Origin: a virus
Taxonomy: Duplodnaviria; Caudoviricetes
DNA: 44,116 nt
Strand: one strand, 5' to 3'
IMG/VR virus record: IMGVR_UViG_3300042814_000069
Span: 1-44,116 of that record
The first letter of the stretch is position 1, and the number at the start of each line of letters is the position of its first letter. The notes below the pieces were generated by a model. The model saw only the letters and a list, made by a program, of their open reading frames with translations. It had not been told where the DNA came from and searched no databases. This document shows, piece after piece, positions 35,501-42,216 of the stretch. A program made the position numbers and the translations under genes.

Positions 35501-36222
35501 AGCTCCCCGCCCCCGGCCGCTCGGGCGCGTTCACGGTCAGGGCCCGCTTCCGAAACGGGCTCTACTCCGAAAGAGCCAAGCTGATCGCCGGGGGGGACGG
35601 AGCGCCATCCGGGGGGATTGACGTCGCCGGCCTCTCCGGCGACGGCCCTTTCGCACCCTATGACTTCACAAGCTATGACGTGCCGATCGGCATGAGTCTG
35701 TCGGGGACCTCGGGGATCAAGCTCACGAGCACCAACGCGCTGCGCAAGGCCTACACGACCGACGCGGGGATCTTCGACATCGGCTACCTCGCGACCGGCC
35801 TGCTCGTCGTGACCTTCGAGACGCGGCAGAGCGACTTGGTCACGTGCGGCGACGCGACCTGGGGCTGCGGCAGCGGCGAGGCCCACTGGCGCACGTGCTA
35901 CGGCCGCGATGCCTCGCCGGCCCGCCCGGGCTTCGAGAACACCGAGCTCTGCGGCGACGGGACGATCCCGATCTCCGACATCGATCCGGACCGGCTCTGT
36001 TACGCCTATCGCGGGCAGCCCGGCTTCAACACGTCCGTGATTGTCGAGGCGCGCTTCGACACGGACGGCGACGGCGTCATCGACACGGGCTGGCAGCTCT
36101 ACCCCGCCGGCTTCGGCATCCGCCGCACCTTCCGCGACTTCGACCTGCGCTTCACGCTGCAACGCGTGAGCCGCGACTTCGAGGTCTACTTCGAGAGCCT
36201 CTCGGTGCAAGTCTTCCAGTGA
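32515..36222 (+). CDS. Tail tip / host-specificity protein (gpI-gpJ fusion)
   Basis: GFPVPLIFG...VGGQVI, GEGRI, YPRVAL, NPAW, RFQCNFVLD, GDVVGF, FN3-like C-terminal domains. Confidence 0.9.
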   Translation: MIRLLVLPNLFATKPAQRFELPWRGNTAAELLQEARTLCPALGKQALAVCIKGKRLEVEQLPWIMGDNVELVIAPDPQGIDPLSIAIMIAISFAISFAYSKLVGRPKGLTEPAERGDQRSPTYAWDQIQSEWRQGFPVPLIFGLHDVGGQVIYADVFASAGGINIGAMEFLRVILAVGEGRIYSIGGVTGGTTGEEGGLGNRGLGGFVGQTEPAGGTICQDVRINGNRFDHTQQLPGVRMWVRMGEIAQTPVPSNPFRGVTSTLIVDEDLTEQGQTAIATISDSNPITTLAGVLAFPSGLYAQDSQGNLTPANATFTVDWRPQGEVSWRPGTIVNVLPSSYYLNAVSISWAFDPNRGGTVDGPLEVRMTRTTPSGQSLGIVSRANWRQVIYNLAIVFAYPRVALLAMEIAATEKTASGRPNFAIRTKGLMVKVYDPGVSASLSTQRFFELPTASSSYFGIWSYAPGRNPAWVLIEFLLNRAGLGAYISVGKIDLAAFRDWADFCDGDVDLGASSESRFQCNFVLDRPTSAWDVVLRICQAGRAMPVIRGDKISVKYEYAAGHGRGSNSVPAKTRTQLFTSSNVEECLVTYLNVSDRIAVYDFQILDEDKDYAQQIVPVADPFAGVDQVDALTPINFTREPIDNFGVTRRSQIIREGRFMHGVNRTIKSQIQFRVGPEALASEVGDVVGFQHEILRPYDSESFAFRLSAAVAAATTIRLDRAVTLAVATTYQIVIRETSGDITTATVTSVAGAYAAGAAITIDTTITAPKSAPLALGVENKVVKDYLLIGVSLAENVKLECQALEWHPSIYVDEDVATILDAERDVTLIVPSSVFNLSQALATVIASEDITVQPTMLPGKQVIQWALPQGYEASKARVWARLASASSSWWLLGEVKGTSLEWSFAAGQTYELAVTISDKLGTFQLPDNTETLTFTADEFPPLAMPSVRTAFAAKTQAGLALGWTRVDNPHLDYYEVRGGSYIAGATTIARTRETRLELPAPGRSGAFTVRARFRNGLYSERAKLIAGGDGAPSGGIDVAGLSGDGPFAPYDFTSYDVPIGMSLSGTSGIKLTSTNALRKAYTTDAGIFDIGYLATGLLVVTFETRQSDLVTCGDATWGCGSGEAHWRTCYGRDASPARPGFENTELCGDGTIPISDIDPDRLCYAYRGQPGFNTSVIVEARFDTDGDGVIDTGWQLYPAGFGIRRTFRDFDLRFTLQRVSRDFEVYFESLSVQVFQ

Positions 36223-36229
36223 GGAACCC

Positions 36230-36850
36230 ATGAGCCAGATCTGGTCCCCGCCTGATTCCACGACGCTGCAATCGCAGGCGCTTGTCACCGACCTCCCCAA
36301 CATGGCGGCGTCTCTGCGCAGCAACCACAGCGGGGCGACGGCCCCGACCTCGACTGTGGCCTACATGTGGTGGGCCGATACGGCCAACGGCCTGCTCAAG
36401 ATGCGCGACAGCGCGAACACCGGCTGGTGGGTCATGGGCGTGCTCGGCGGCGACCCCGGCGACCTGCTCGTCGTGACGCAGTTCGGCTCGGTCTCGGCGA
36501 CCACGACCAAGCGGCTCACGATGCTGGCGCGCGCTGCCACAATCACGGCCGTCTGGATCTGGAGCGCCACGACGACGTCGAGCAGCTCGGGCAACGAATG
36601 GACCTTCGGTCTCACGGAGGTCGTCACGGCCGAGGCCTTATTCTCGACGACGGTCGGCACCTTCACGACGGACGTCGACATCGGCGGCGGCGAAGTGACG
36701 GCCGATGTCCCCGACTCCCTGGTGCTGGTCCCGGACCAAAACACGGAGCGGGTCGCCGGCGAGGGGATCAAGCTCGCGATCACGAAGGTCGGGAGCCCGA
36801 CAACGATGACGGACGTCGTCGTGGGTCTGCGCTTCGCGATCACGACGTGA
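36230..36850 (+). CDS. Tail fibre-associated protein
   Basis: LRSNHSGATAPTSTVAYMWWADTANGLLKMR motif typical of phage fibre modules. Confidence 0.7.
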   Translation: MSQIWSPPDSTTLQSQALVTDLPNMAASLRSNHSGATAPTSTVAYMWWADTANGLLKMRDSANTGWWVMGVLGGDPGDLLVVTQFGSVSATTTKRLTMLARAATITAVWIWSATTTSSSSGNEWTFGLTEVVTAEALFSTTVGTFTTDVDIGGGEVTADVPDSLVLVPDQNTERVAGEGIKLAITKVGSPTTMTDVVVGLRFAITT

Positions 36851-36851
36851 C

Positions 36852-37802
36852 ATGGTCGACCGCAACGGAAACGCGGTCGTGGTCGGAGACGACTACGCCG
36901 TGGTCGGCCCGGTCCGCAAGGTCTCGGGCGGGAAGGCCGTCGTCGTGCCGGGGATGGAGCGCCCCGTGCACGTCGCCGAGGCCGACCTCGCGCGCGTCGA
37001 CGATTACGCGCTCCGCACCTTCGTGGAGCAACGCATGAGCCTCGGCCTCGCAGCAGCTCTCGGCCTCTACACGACCAAGAACCCCACGACCGTGCAGCAG
37101 ATGGCGACCTGCACGCTCGGGACCGGCCTGGCGCGCTCGTTCTGGGGGAACGGTGCATCTGCAAACCAGCCCGTCGCGACCGCGAACATGACGCTCGAGA
37201 TCGTCTCGAGCTCGGCCAGCGACACGAGCGCGGGGAGCGGGGCGCGGACGATCCTGATCACGGGGGTCGATGATGCCTTCGCCGCGGTCTCCGAGACCGT
37301 GACCATGAACGGCACCGCGGCCGTCTCCCTCGCGAACCAATACATGCGGATCAACACGGCCGAGGTCGCGACGGCCGGGACCTCGCAGATCAACGCCGGC
37401 ACGATCACAATCCGCATCTCGGGCGCCGGCGCGACGCAGAACGTGATCATGGGTTCGCAGGGCTCGCTCAACCAGTTCTTCTACACCGTGCCGGCGAGCC
37501 GGATCGCCGTCGTGACGAGCCTCTCGTTCGGCTCGATGGGGGACAGCGACGAGACCGCGCCGCCGCTCGAGTCGACGAGCCTGCTCGGCTTCGTTGGCTA
37601 CACCGGCGCCTCGGCGGCGGCCCTGGTCTACAAACAGCGGCACCGGCTCATGGCCTATCGCGGGCAGACCAGCTCGCGCGATTTCTCGGGCTCGGGCCTC
37701 GTGCTCCCCGCGAAGGCCTGCTACGCACCAAGCGTGCAGAACCTCACGGCCAACAACGCCGAGCTCGTGGGCGACCTGGTCATTCTCGAGCTCGACGTGT
37801 GA
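36852..37802 (+). CDS. Putative virion protein, paralog C
   Basis: Shares motifs and 30-31-nt exact blocks with 18452-19279 and 19276-20058. Confidence 0.8.
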   Translation: MVDRNGNAVVVGDDYAVVGPVRKVSGGKAVVVPGMERPVHVAEADLARVDDYALRTFVEQRMSLGLAAALGLYTTKNPTTVQQMATCTLGTGLARSFWGNGASANQPVATANMTLEIVSSSASDTSAGSGARTILITGVDDAFAAVSETVTMNGTAAVSLANQYMRINTAEVATAGTSQINAGTITIRISGAGATQNVIMGSQGSLNQFFYTVPASRIAVVTSLSFGSMGDSDETAPPLESTSLLGFVGYTGASAAALVYKQRHRLMAYRGQTSSRDFSGSGLVLPAKACYAPSVQNLTANNAELVGDLVILELDV

Positions 37803-38107
37803 CCACCCGATCCTTCAAGCTGAACGCGGACGCCCTGCTCAAGACGGCGGGTGGCCTGCTCCTCACGCTCTGCACGGCCGTCTCGACCTGGGTCGTAGGA
37901 GAGATCCGTTCGATCGAGCTCGAGGCCGTCACGATGCGCGAGCGCGTGCGTGCGCTCGAGGTCCGCGGCGACGGGATTGGCAGCACGCTGCAAGACATCA
38001 AAACGCAGATACGGGAGATCGGCGGCCTCATCTCGGAGCAGCGCCGCGAGATCTCGAGTGAGTCCAAGGAGCTCCGAAAACTGATCCAAGAGGCAACGCA
38101 CAAGTGA
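37799..38107 (+). CDS. TM plus coiled-coil protein (lysis-region, holin/spanin-like)
   Basis: N-terminal TM then heptad repeats; follows tail genes. Confidence 0.6.
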   Translation: MTTRSFKLNADALLKTAGGLLLTLCTAVSTWVVGEIRSIELEAVTMRERVRALEVRGDGIGSTLQDIKTQIREIGGLISEQRREISSESKELRKLIQEATHK

Positions 38108-38409
38108 AGACGCAACGCACTTCCCCGGTCCTGCCTTCCTGTAATGAGGGAGCCAAGGACCTGCTCTGGTTCGGAATGATCCTGGCGGCGTGCGTCTGCG
38201 CGCTGGCGCTGCTCACGGGCTGCGCGACCGCGCCCTCGCGCGCGCTGGCACTGATCCAGGAGAACGTCGTCGATGAGTGGATCGAGCTCGTGAACGCGAG
38301 CCCGAAGTTCACGCAGGAGCAGAAGGATCGCCGGGCCCGCACGGCCGTGGTCATCCGACAAATGGTCGAGGCCGACACTGGTGTCCCTGCCTCGAGGCCG
38401 ACTCGATGA
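38104..38409 (+). CDS. Lipoprotein (spanin-like?)
   Basis: Hydrophobic signal ending ALLTGC lipobox. Confidence 0.6.
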   Translation: MKTQRTSPVLPSCNEGAKDLLWFGMILAACVCALALLTGCATAPSRALALIQENVVDEWIELVNASPKFTQEQKDRRARTAVVIRQMVEADTGVPASRPTR

Positions 38410-38702
38410 GCCCGGGCCCCATCGCCCCGGTGAAGGCCGAGCTAGAGCGGGCGCTCGAGCTCATGCACGCGCGCTGGACTCCCGAGCAGGTCGACTTCGT
38501 CGCGGTCATCATGAGCGACCAGACGGTGCTGCTTGCGCGCAAGGCGCTGGGCGAGGACGTCGACGCCGAGCTCGGGCAGGTCCTGACGCAGCTCGCCGGC
38601 CTCGAGTGGGTCGAAGCGCGCGAGGCTTCCAAGCTGGCCGGCCGCGTGCTCGAGGGCGTGTTCGGAGCCATGATCAAGACCGCGATCGCCGCCGCGCTAT
38701 GA
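38406..38702 (+). CDS. Hypothetical protein with amphipathic C-terminus
   Basis: ATGA coupling on both sides. Confidence 0.65.
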   Translation: MSPGPIAPVKAELERALELMHARWTPEQVDFVAVIMSDQTVLLARKALGEDVDAELGQVLTQLAGLEWVEAREASKLAGRVLEGVFGAMIKTAIAAAL

Positions 38703-38995
38703 CCCCGCGCTCGTCGTTCCTGAGCTCGGAGTTCGTGCTCTCGGCGCTGTGCATCCTGGCCGGCTTCGCGCTGATGTTCTGGAAGGACAAGGACGAGCTC
38801 GGCATGGCACTGGTCTCGATTGGCACCGGGGTCTATGGCGGCGTCCGCCTCGGGACCAAGCGGGCCGAGATCCAGGCCGGGGCCAACGTCGAGATCGCGC
38901 GGAGCATGCCGCCGCCGGCTCCCCCAGGACCTCTGCTCGTGGCGAACCAGGTCCAAGGGACACCCGGCCCGGTTCGACCGGCCGGGCCTGGGTAG
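38699..38995 (+). CDS. Holin-like two-TM protein
   Basis: FLSSEFVLSAL...TM1, TM2...VYGGVR pattern. Confidence 0.6.
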   Translation: MTPRSSFLSSEFVLSALCILAGFALMFWKDKDELGMALVSIGTGVYGGVRLGTKRAEIQAGANVEIARSMPPPAPPGPLLVANQVQGTPGPVRPAGPG

Positions 38996-39157
38996 GATGC
39001 GCGACTTCGCGGCCGGGGGGCGCCCGGTCGCGGTTCTGAACGGGTTCGATTGCGAGGATCGGTAGGAGGCCGCTCGAGGACCTCGAGCGGCCTCCGTTTC
39101 ACCCGTATTTCACGCGGCCCGGTTTGTGCCGGCGGCCATAATGGCGAGATCCCGCCC

Positions 39158-39457
39158 ATGGCAAAGCGAACACCACGTGAGCCGACTCTCGACGAGCTCG
39201 TCGGCCTCCTGATCGGCGACCGCAAGCGCGAGCGCCGCGAGTGGATCTGGCTCGCCCACTACCGCGACGGGGCCAAGGTCGAGGACCTGGTCTCGCGCTA
39301 TGGCGTCACGCAAGTGCAGATCGGCGACGGCATCCAGGCCGCGCTGCGCGCGCGCGGCGCGCAGGACCGCATGTTCCAACGGCCGCGGGCCGAGGAAGTC
39401 GCCGCCAACATCGCCCGCGCCGGCACGGTCCCCGAGGCCGAGTCGGAAGTCGCGTGA
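39158..39457 (+). CDS. HTH DNA-binding protein (sigma region-4-like)
   Basis: WLAHYRDGAKVEDLVSRYGVTQVQIGDGIQAAL. Confidence 0.6.
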   Translation: MAKRTPREPTLDELVGLLIGDRKRERREWIWLAHYRDGAKVEDLVSRYGVTQVQIGDGIQAALRARGAQDRMFQRPRAEEVAANIARAGTVPEAESEVA

Positions 39458-39699
39458 GGTCGACGCAGAAGGCCGGGCCGCCGCCGGCCGGCTTCGAGTC
39501 GTGGGGCGAGGCGGCGCTGCAGGCCGATGCCTATGGCGTCGTCCATCATCGCGACGGCCGCGGCGTGCTGCGCATGATCCAGCTCCCCGATGGCTTCACG
39601 CGCGCGTTCCCCTTCTGCGGCCAGTGCAGCAAACGGCACAACGCAAACCACTGGCCGGCAAAGTGTGCACGGCCGGCAGCGCTCCCGGTGCGGCCATAA
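39454..39699 (+). CDS. Small hypothetical protein with CxxC/H
   Basis: GTGA coupling; FCGQCSKRH. Confidence 0.6.
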   Translation: MRSTQKAGPPPAGFESWGEAALQADAYGVVHHRDGRGVLRMIQLPDGFTRAFPFCGQCSKRHNANHWPAKCARPAALPVRP

Positions 39700-39765
39700 A
39701 ACGTTACCGGCAACCTTCCATCGGCTCGCGGGATGGCGTCGGGAGACCAGGTATTTCCCCGCACA

Positions 39766-40030
39766 CGAAACGTCGGAGCAGGAGACCGCGGGGGGTGGGC
39801 TCGAAACGTCGGAGCAGGCGACGACTGGTAAGTGGGCTCGAAACGGCGGAGCAGTGGGTGGGCTCGAAACGTCGGAGCAGGAGCGAGACCCCGCCGGAGC
39901 GGCAAGCTGCAACGAAACGGCGGAGCAGGAGACACCCGGTAGGCTGCAACGAAACGTCGGAGCAGCAGGTGGGCTCGAAACGTCGCGCGGGTGGGCTCGA
40001 AACGTCGGTGAGGGTGGGCTCGAAACGTCG
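39766..40030 (+). repeat. Iteron-like direct-repeat array, 9 copies (candidate replication origin)
   Basis: Core CGAAACG(T/G)CG starts at 39766, 39802, 39839, 39865, 39913, 39950, 39976, 39998, 40021; often extended to GTGGGCT-core-GAGCAG or GCTGCAA-core-GAGCAG. Confidence 0.9.
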
Positions 40031-40124
40031 GTCCCTCATCTAGAACACTCTAGAACCTCTCAGAGCGGACCGGACCCTGCGCGAGCGCCGAGCTCGTCAC
40101 ACCGCGTCCGTCGTCGAGTCTCTC

Positions 40125-40277
40125 GTGCGCTTCTGCAACTCCCTGCGCCGCGGCGTCGTCGAGAACCAGAAACTAGCGGCGCTCGAGCTCGCGCTGCTCG
40201 AGGCCTCGCGCCAGATCACGGACCCCGCCGTGGCGAAAGTCAAAGGCGGTCCGAGCGTTGCATCCGCAACCGGGTAG
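40125..40277 (+). CDS. Possible small hypothetical protein (50 aa)
   Basis: GC3-biased frame VRFCNSLRRGVVENQKLAALELALLE...; start uncertain. Confidence 0.35.
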   Translation: MRFCNSLRRGVVENQKLAALELALLEASRQITDPAVAKVKGGPSVASATG

Positions 40278-40309
40278 CCTTCCCCCTTGCCCATCACTTT
40301 CGAGGTCTC

Positions 40310-40555
40310 ATGACCGTTCACGCTCTGTCTTCTCCGGCCGACGTGATTGAAGACGTTGCCCGTCGTCGCGGTCTCGCCCTCGATCCCGACCAGATGACAC
40401 GGCTACGGCTCCTGCAAGACGCCCCCGGGGAAGGAGGGGGCGACGCGCCCGGCGAAGTTCCGCCGGCGCAGATCATGGCGGCCGGGCTCGCCGTGTTCAT
40501 CGCGCTCGGCTTGCTCGCCTACGCGCTCTTGTCGATGTTCTGCCGTCCGGCATAA
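40310..40555 (+). CDS. Small protein with C-terminal TM anchor
   Basis: ATG 40310; IMAAGLAVFIALGLLAYALLSMF. Confidence 0.6.
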   Translation: MTVHALSSPADVIEDVARRRGLALDPDQMTRLRLLQDAPGEGGGDAPGEVPPAQIMAAGLAVFIALGLLAYALLSMFCRPA

Positions 40556-40565
40556 ACTGGCACGC

Positions 40566-40889
40566 GTGCCAAAGCGCGCGTCCGCCAAAGTCTCCCCCCC
40601 GGTCGATCTTCGCTTCCTCGCTCGCGCCTTCCCCGACGGGGTCGAGGGTCTGGTCGTCGAGACCGGCGTCGCGCGCTCGCAGCTCTACAGGTTCCTGCGC
40701 GGGCCCGCGCGCTCGAAGGAAGACCTGACGACCGACCGCTGCTTCAAAGAACCGCCCGCGGACATCATCGAGGCGGTGGCGCACGCCCTCGGCGAGGACT
40801 CCAAGGTGCGCGCCTTCGCGACCAAGCGCGAGCTCTCGCCGGCCGGCCTGCTCAAGCTCTGGCGCGAGAGCTCACCCCGCGACTTTTGA
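40566..40889 (+). CDS. XRE/Cro-like HTH regulator
   Basis: VEGLVVETGVARSQLYRFLRG...P.ADIIEAVAHALG. Confidence 0.7.
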   Translation: MPKRASAKVSPPVDLRFLARAFPDGVEGLVVETGVARSQLYRFLRGPARSKEDLTTDRCFKEPPADIIEAVAHALGEDSKVRAFATKRELSPAGLLKLWRESSPRDF

Positions 40890-40972
40890 CACTCGTTTGC
40901 TGGTCGCCGGTGCCGGCCCCCAATAGGTAGGGGGTCTCGTCCAGAGCCCGGCAGGAACCGGCAGAAAAAGCA

Positions 40973-41016
40973 CCGGCCACCCTTGCGCGCGCCCAGAGCG
41001 CGGCAAGAGTGGCCGG
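40973..41016 (+). promoter_or_regulatory. Long stem-loop overlapping the putative rep start codon
   Basis: CCGGCCAC/GTGGCCGG, CTTGC/GCAAG and CGCGC/GCGCG stems; GTG 41009 lies in the 3' arm. Confidence 0.5.
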
Positions 41017-42199
41017 GGTCTTGTCAGAGACCCCAGAGACACTACCGGCACGGACCGGCACGAGCAAGCCCCCCCCGCAGTTCGTTCGTCTGCGCGGCCG
41101 GGATCTCCGGGTCGGCTTCGCGGGGCTCTTGCTCGACCTGATCGGGCACCGCGCTACCTACGGCCTGACGACTCCGAGCACGACGCCCGAGCTCGCCGGC
41201 ATGCTGGGGATATCTTTCCGCACGGCCGAGCGGTGGCGGGAGCAGGTCCTCGCCGCCGAGCTCGTGCAGCGGGCGTGGGGCGGCCTGGTTCTGACGCCGG
41301 CCGGCTCCCGTGATCCGGGCACCGGTTGCCTCTGCCCTGTCTGGATCTTGCACCGGCGCGACCTGACCCCGGCGCAGAAGTGCACGTGGGCCGCCTTGAA
41401 GGCCGAGGAGCTCAAACGCCGGTCGATGCTGGGGGGGGGCTACCGCGAGTGGCTCGAGTCGTCCAAAGCCCGCGGCCGGCGCGTGAGGCTCTCGGAGGAC
41501 ACCATCACGCGGGCGATCGTGGTCCTCGAGTCGAAGGGCTTGGTCCAGGTCGAGCGCAAGGTCCTGCGCACGGCGACCGGGCTGATCCTCGACCTCAAGC
41601 GGATCACGACTGGCCAGGGCAAAGCGCCCGCGTCCCGGCATACCGGGACAACCCCCGCGAGCCCGGGCAGAGTTCCACGTGAAACGCCAGCTTGCGGCGA
41701 CCTTCACGTGCCTTCGGCGGAGACCGGATCCGGAATAGACCGCTCGGTTATCCCCATGAGGGCTCCCCTCGGTGGAGAGCCGGTGGACATGGGGGCGGCC
41801 GTCCGCCGGCTCGTGCTCGGCCTCGCCGTCGAGAAGGCCGCCGGCTTCGTCCGCCCGCCCTCGCCCAGCGCGGTCGAGATTGCCCTGCAGGACCCGGACA
41901 CGATCACCGCCGCCGCCTCGCCCTACTCGAACCTGCGCGAGCTCTGGCTCCTGCTCGCCGCTGCCGGCGTCCACGTCGGCGCGATCTTCCAGCGCAAGCG
42001 CTTCGACTTGGCCAAAGCGTTGGCCAAGGTGGGGACCACGGGCCGCGAGCTCAAGGCCTGGATCGAGAAGGGTCTCGACCGCGCGGCCAACGTCGGCGGC
42101 TATGTCGCGACCTGTGCACGGCGCAAGGTCGCGCTCGCGAGCCTGCATGCGCACGCTCTTGCGAGCGGCCCCTTCCATTACCAACGGCCGAGACGGTAA
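41009..42199 (+). CDS. Putative replication initiator (two wHTH domains, linker, helical C-terminal domain)
   Basis: TPELAGMLGISFRTAERWREQV; PVWILHRRDLTPAQKCTWAAL...LSEDTITRAIVVLESKGLV; AANVGGYV; start uncertain. Confidence 0.6.
   Translation: MAGVLSETPETLPARTGTSKPPPQFVRLRGRDLRVGFAGLLLDLIGHRATYGLTTPSTTPELAGMLGISFRTAERWREQVLAAELVQRAWGGLVLTPAGSRDPGTGCLCPVWILHRRDLTPAQKCTWAALKAEELKRRSMLGGGYREWLESSKARGRRVRLSEDTITRAIVVLESKGLVQVERKVLRTATGLILDLKRITTGQGKAPASRHTGTTPASPGRVPRETPACGDLHVPSAETGSGIDRSVIPMRAPLGGEPVDMGAAVRRLVLGLAVEKAAGFVRPPSPSAVEIALQDPDTITAAASPYSNLRELWLLLAAAGVHVGAIFQRKRFDLAKALAKVGTTGRELKAWIEKGLDRAANVGGYVATCARRKVALASLHAHALASGPFHYQRPRR
41671..41686. other. parS-like centromere site
   Basis: AGTTCCACGTGAAACG matches 14/16 of the bacterial parS consensus TGTTNCACGTGAAACA; reads as VPRET in frame. 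Confidence 0.7.
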
Positions 42200-42216
42200 A
42201 AACCGGCACACAACCC

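Noticed and set aside
18452-37802. Diversity-generating retroelement to explain the shared blocks
   Set aside because: No reverse transcriptase and no adenine-specific TR/VR mismatch pattern
15232-38119. 15-nt identity TGAAGACGCAACGCA at the starts of the DUF1580 gene (15232) and the lipoprotein gene (38105)
   Set aside because: Single short match with no supporting context such as an att site or integrase
39137-39142. CATAAT -10 box upstream of 39158
   Set aside because: No matching -35; plausible but unsupported
4276-39710. 11-nt inverted match CCGGTAACGTT (4276-4286) / AACGTTACCGG (39700-39710)
   Set aside because: Both copies are intergenic, but the match is too short to call an operator or inversion site, and no recombinase is present
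39926-39937. Array spacer CAGGAGACACCC matching 22333-22344
   Set aside because: A 12-nt match is expected by chance at this genome size and GC content
39766-40030. CRISPR or TIGR-like guide array
   Set aside because: Repeats are short and non-palindromic, spacers vary from a few nt to about 25 nt, there is no dual-spacer periodicity, and I recognise no Cas or Nop-domain gene
39590-40555. 321-aa ORF through the repeat array as a single gene
   Set aside because: Its start is inside another gene, codon bias is poor and there is no domain; only the part from ATG 40310 looks coding
40886-40915. TTGACA -35 promoter upstream of the Rep-like gene
   Set aside because: No plausible -10 at 16-18 bp spacing
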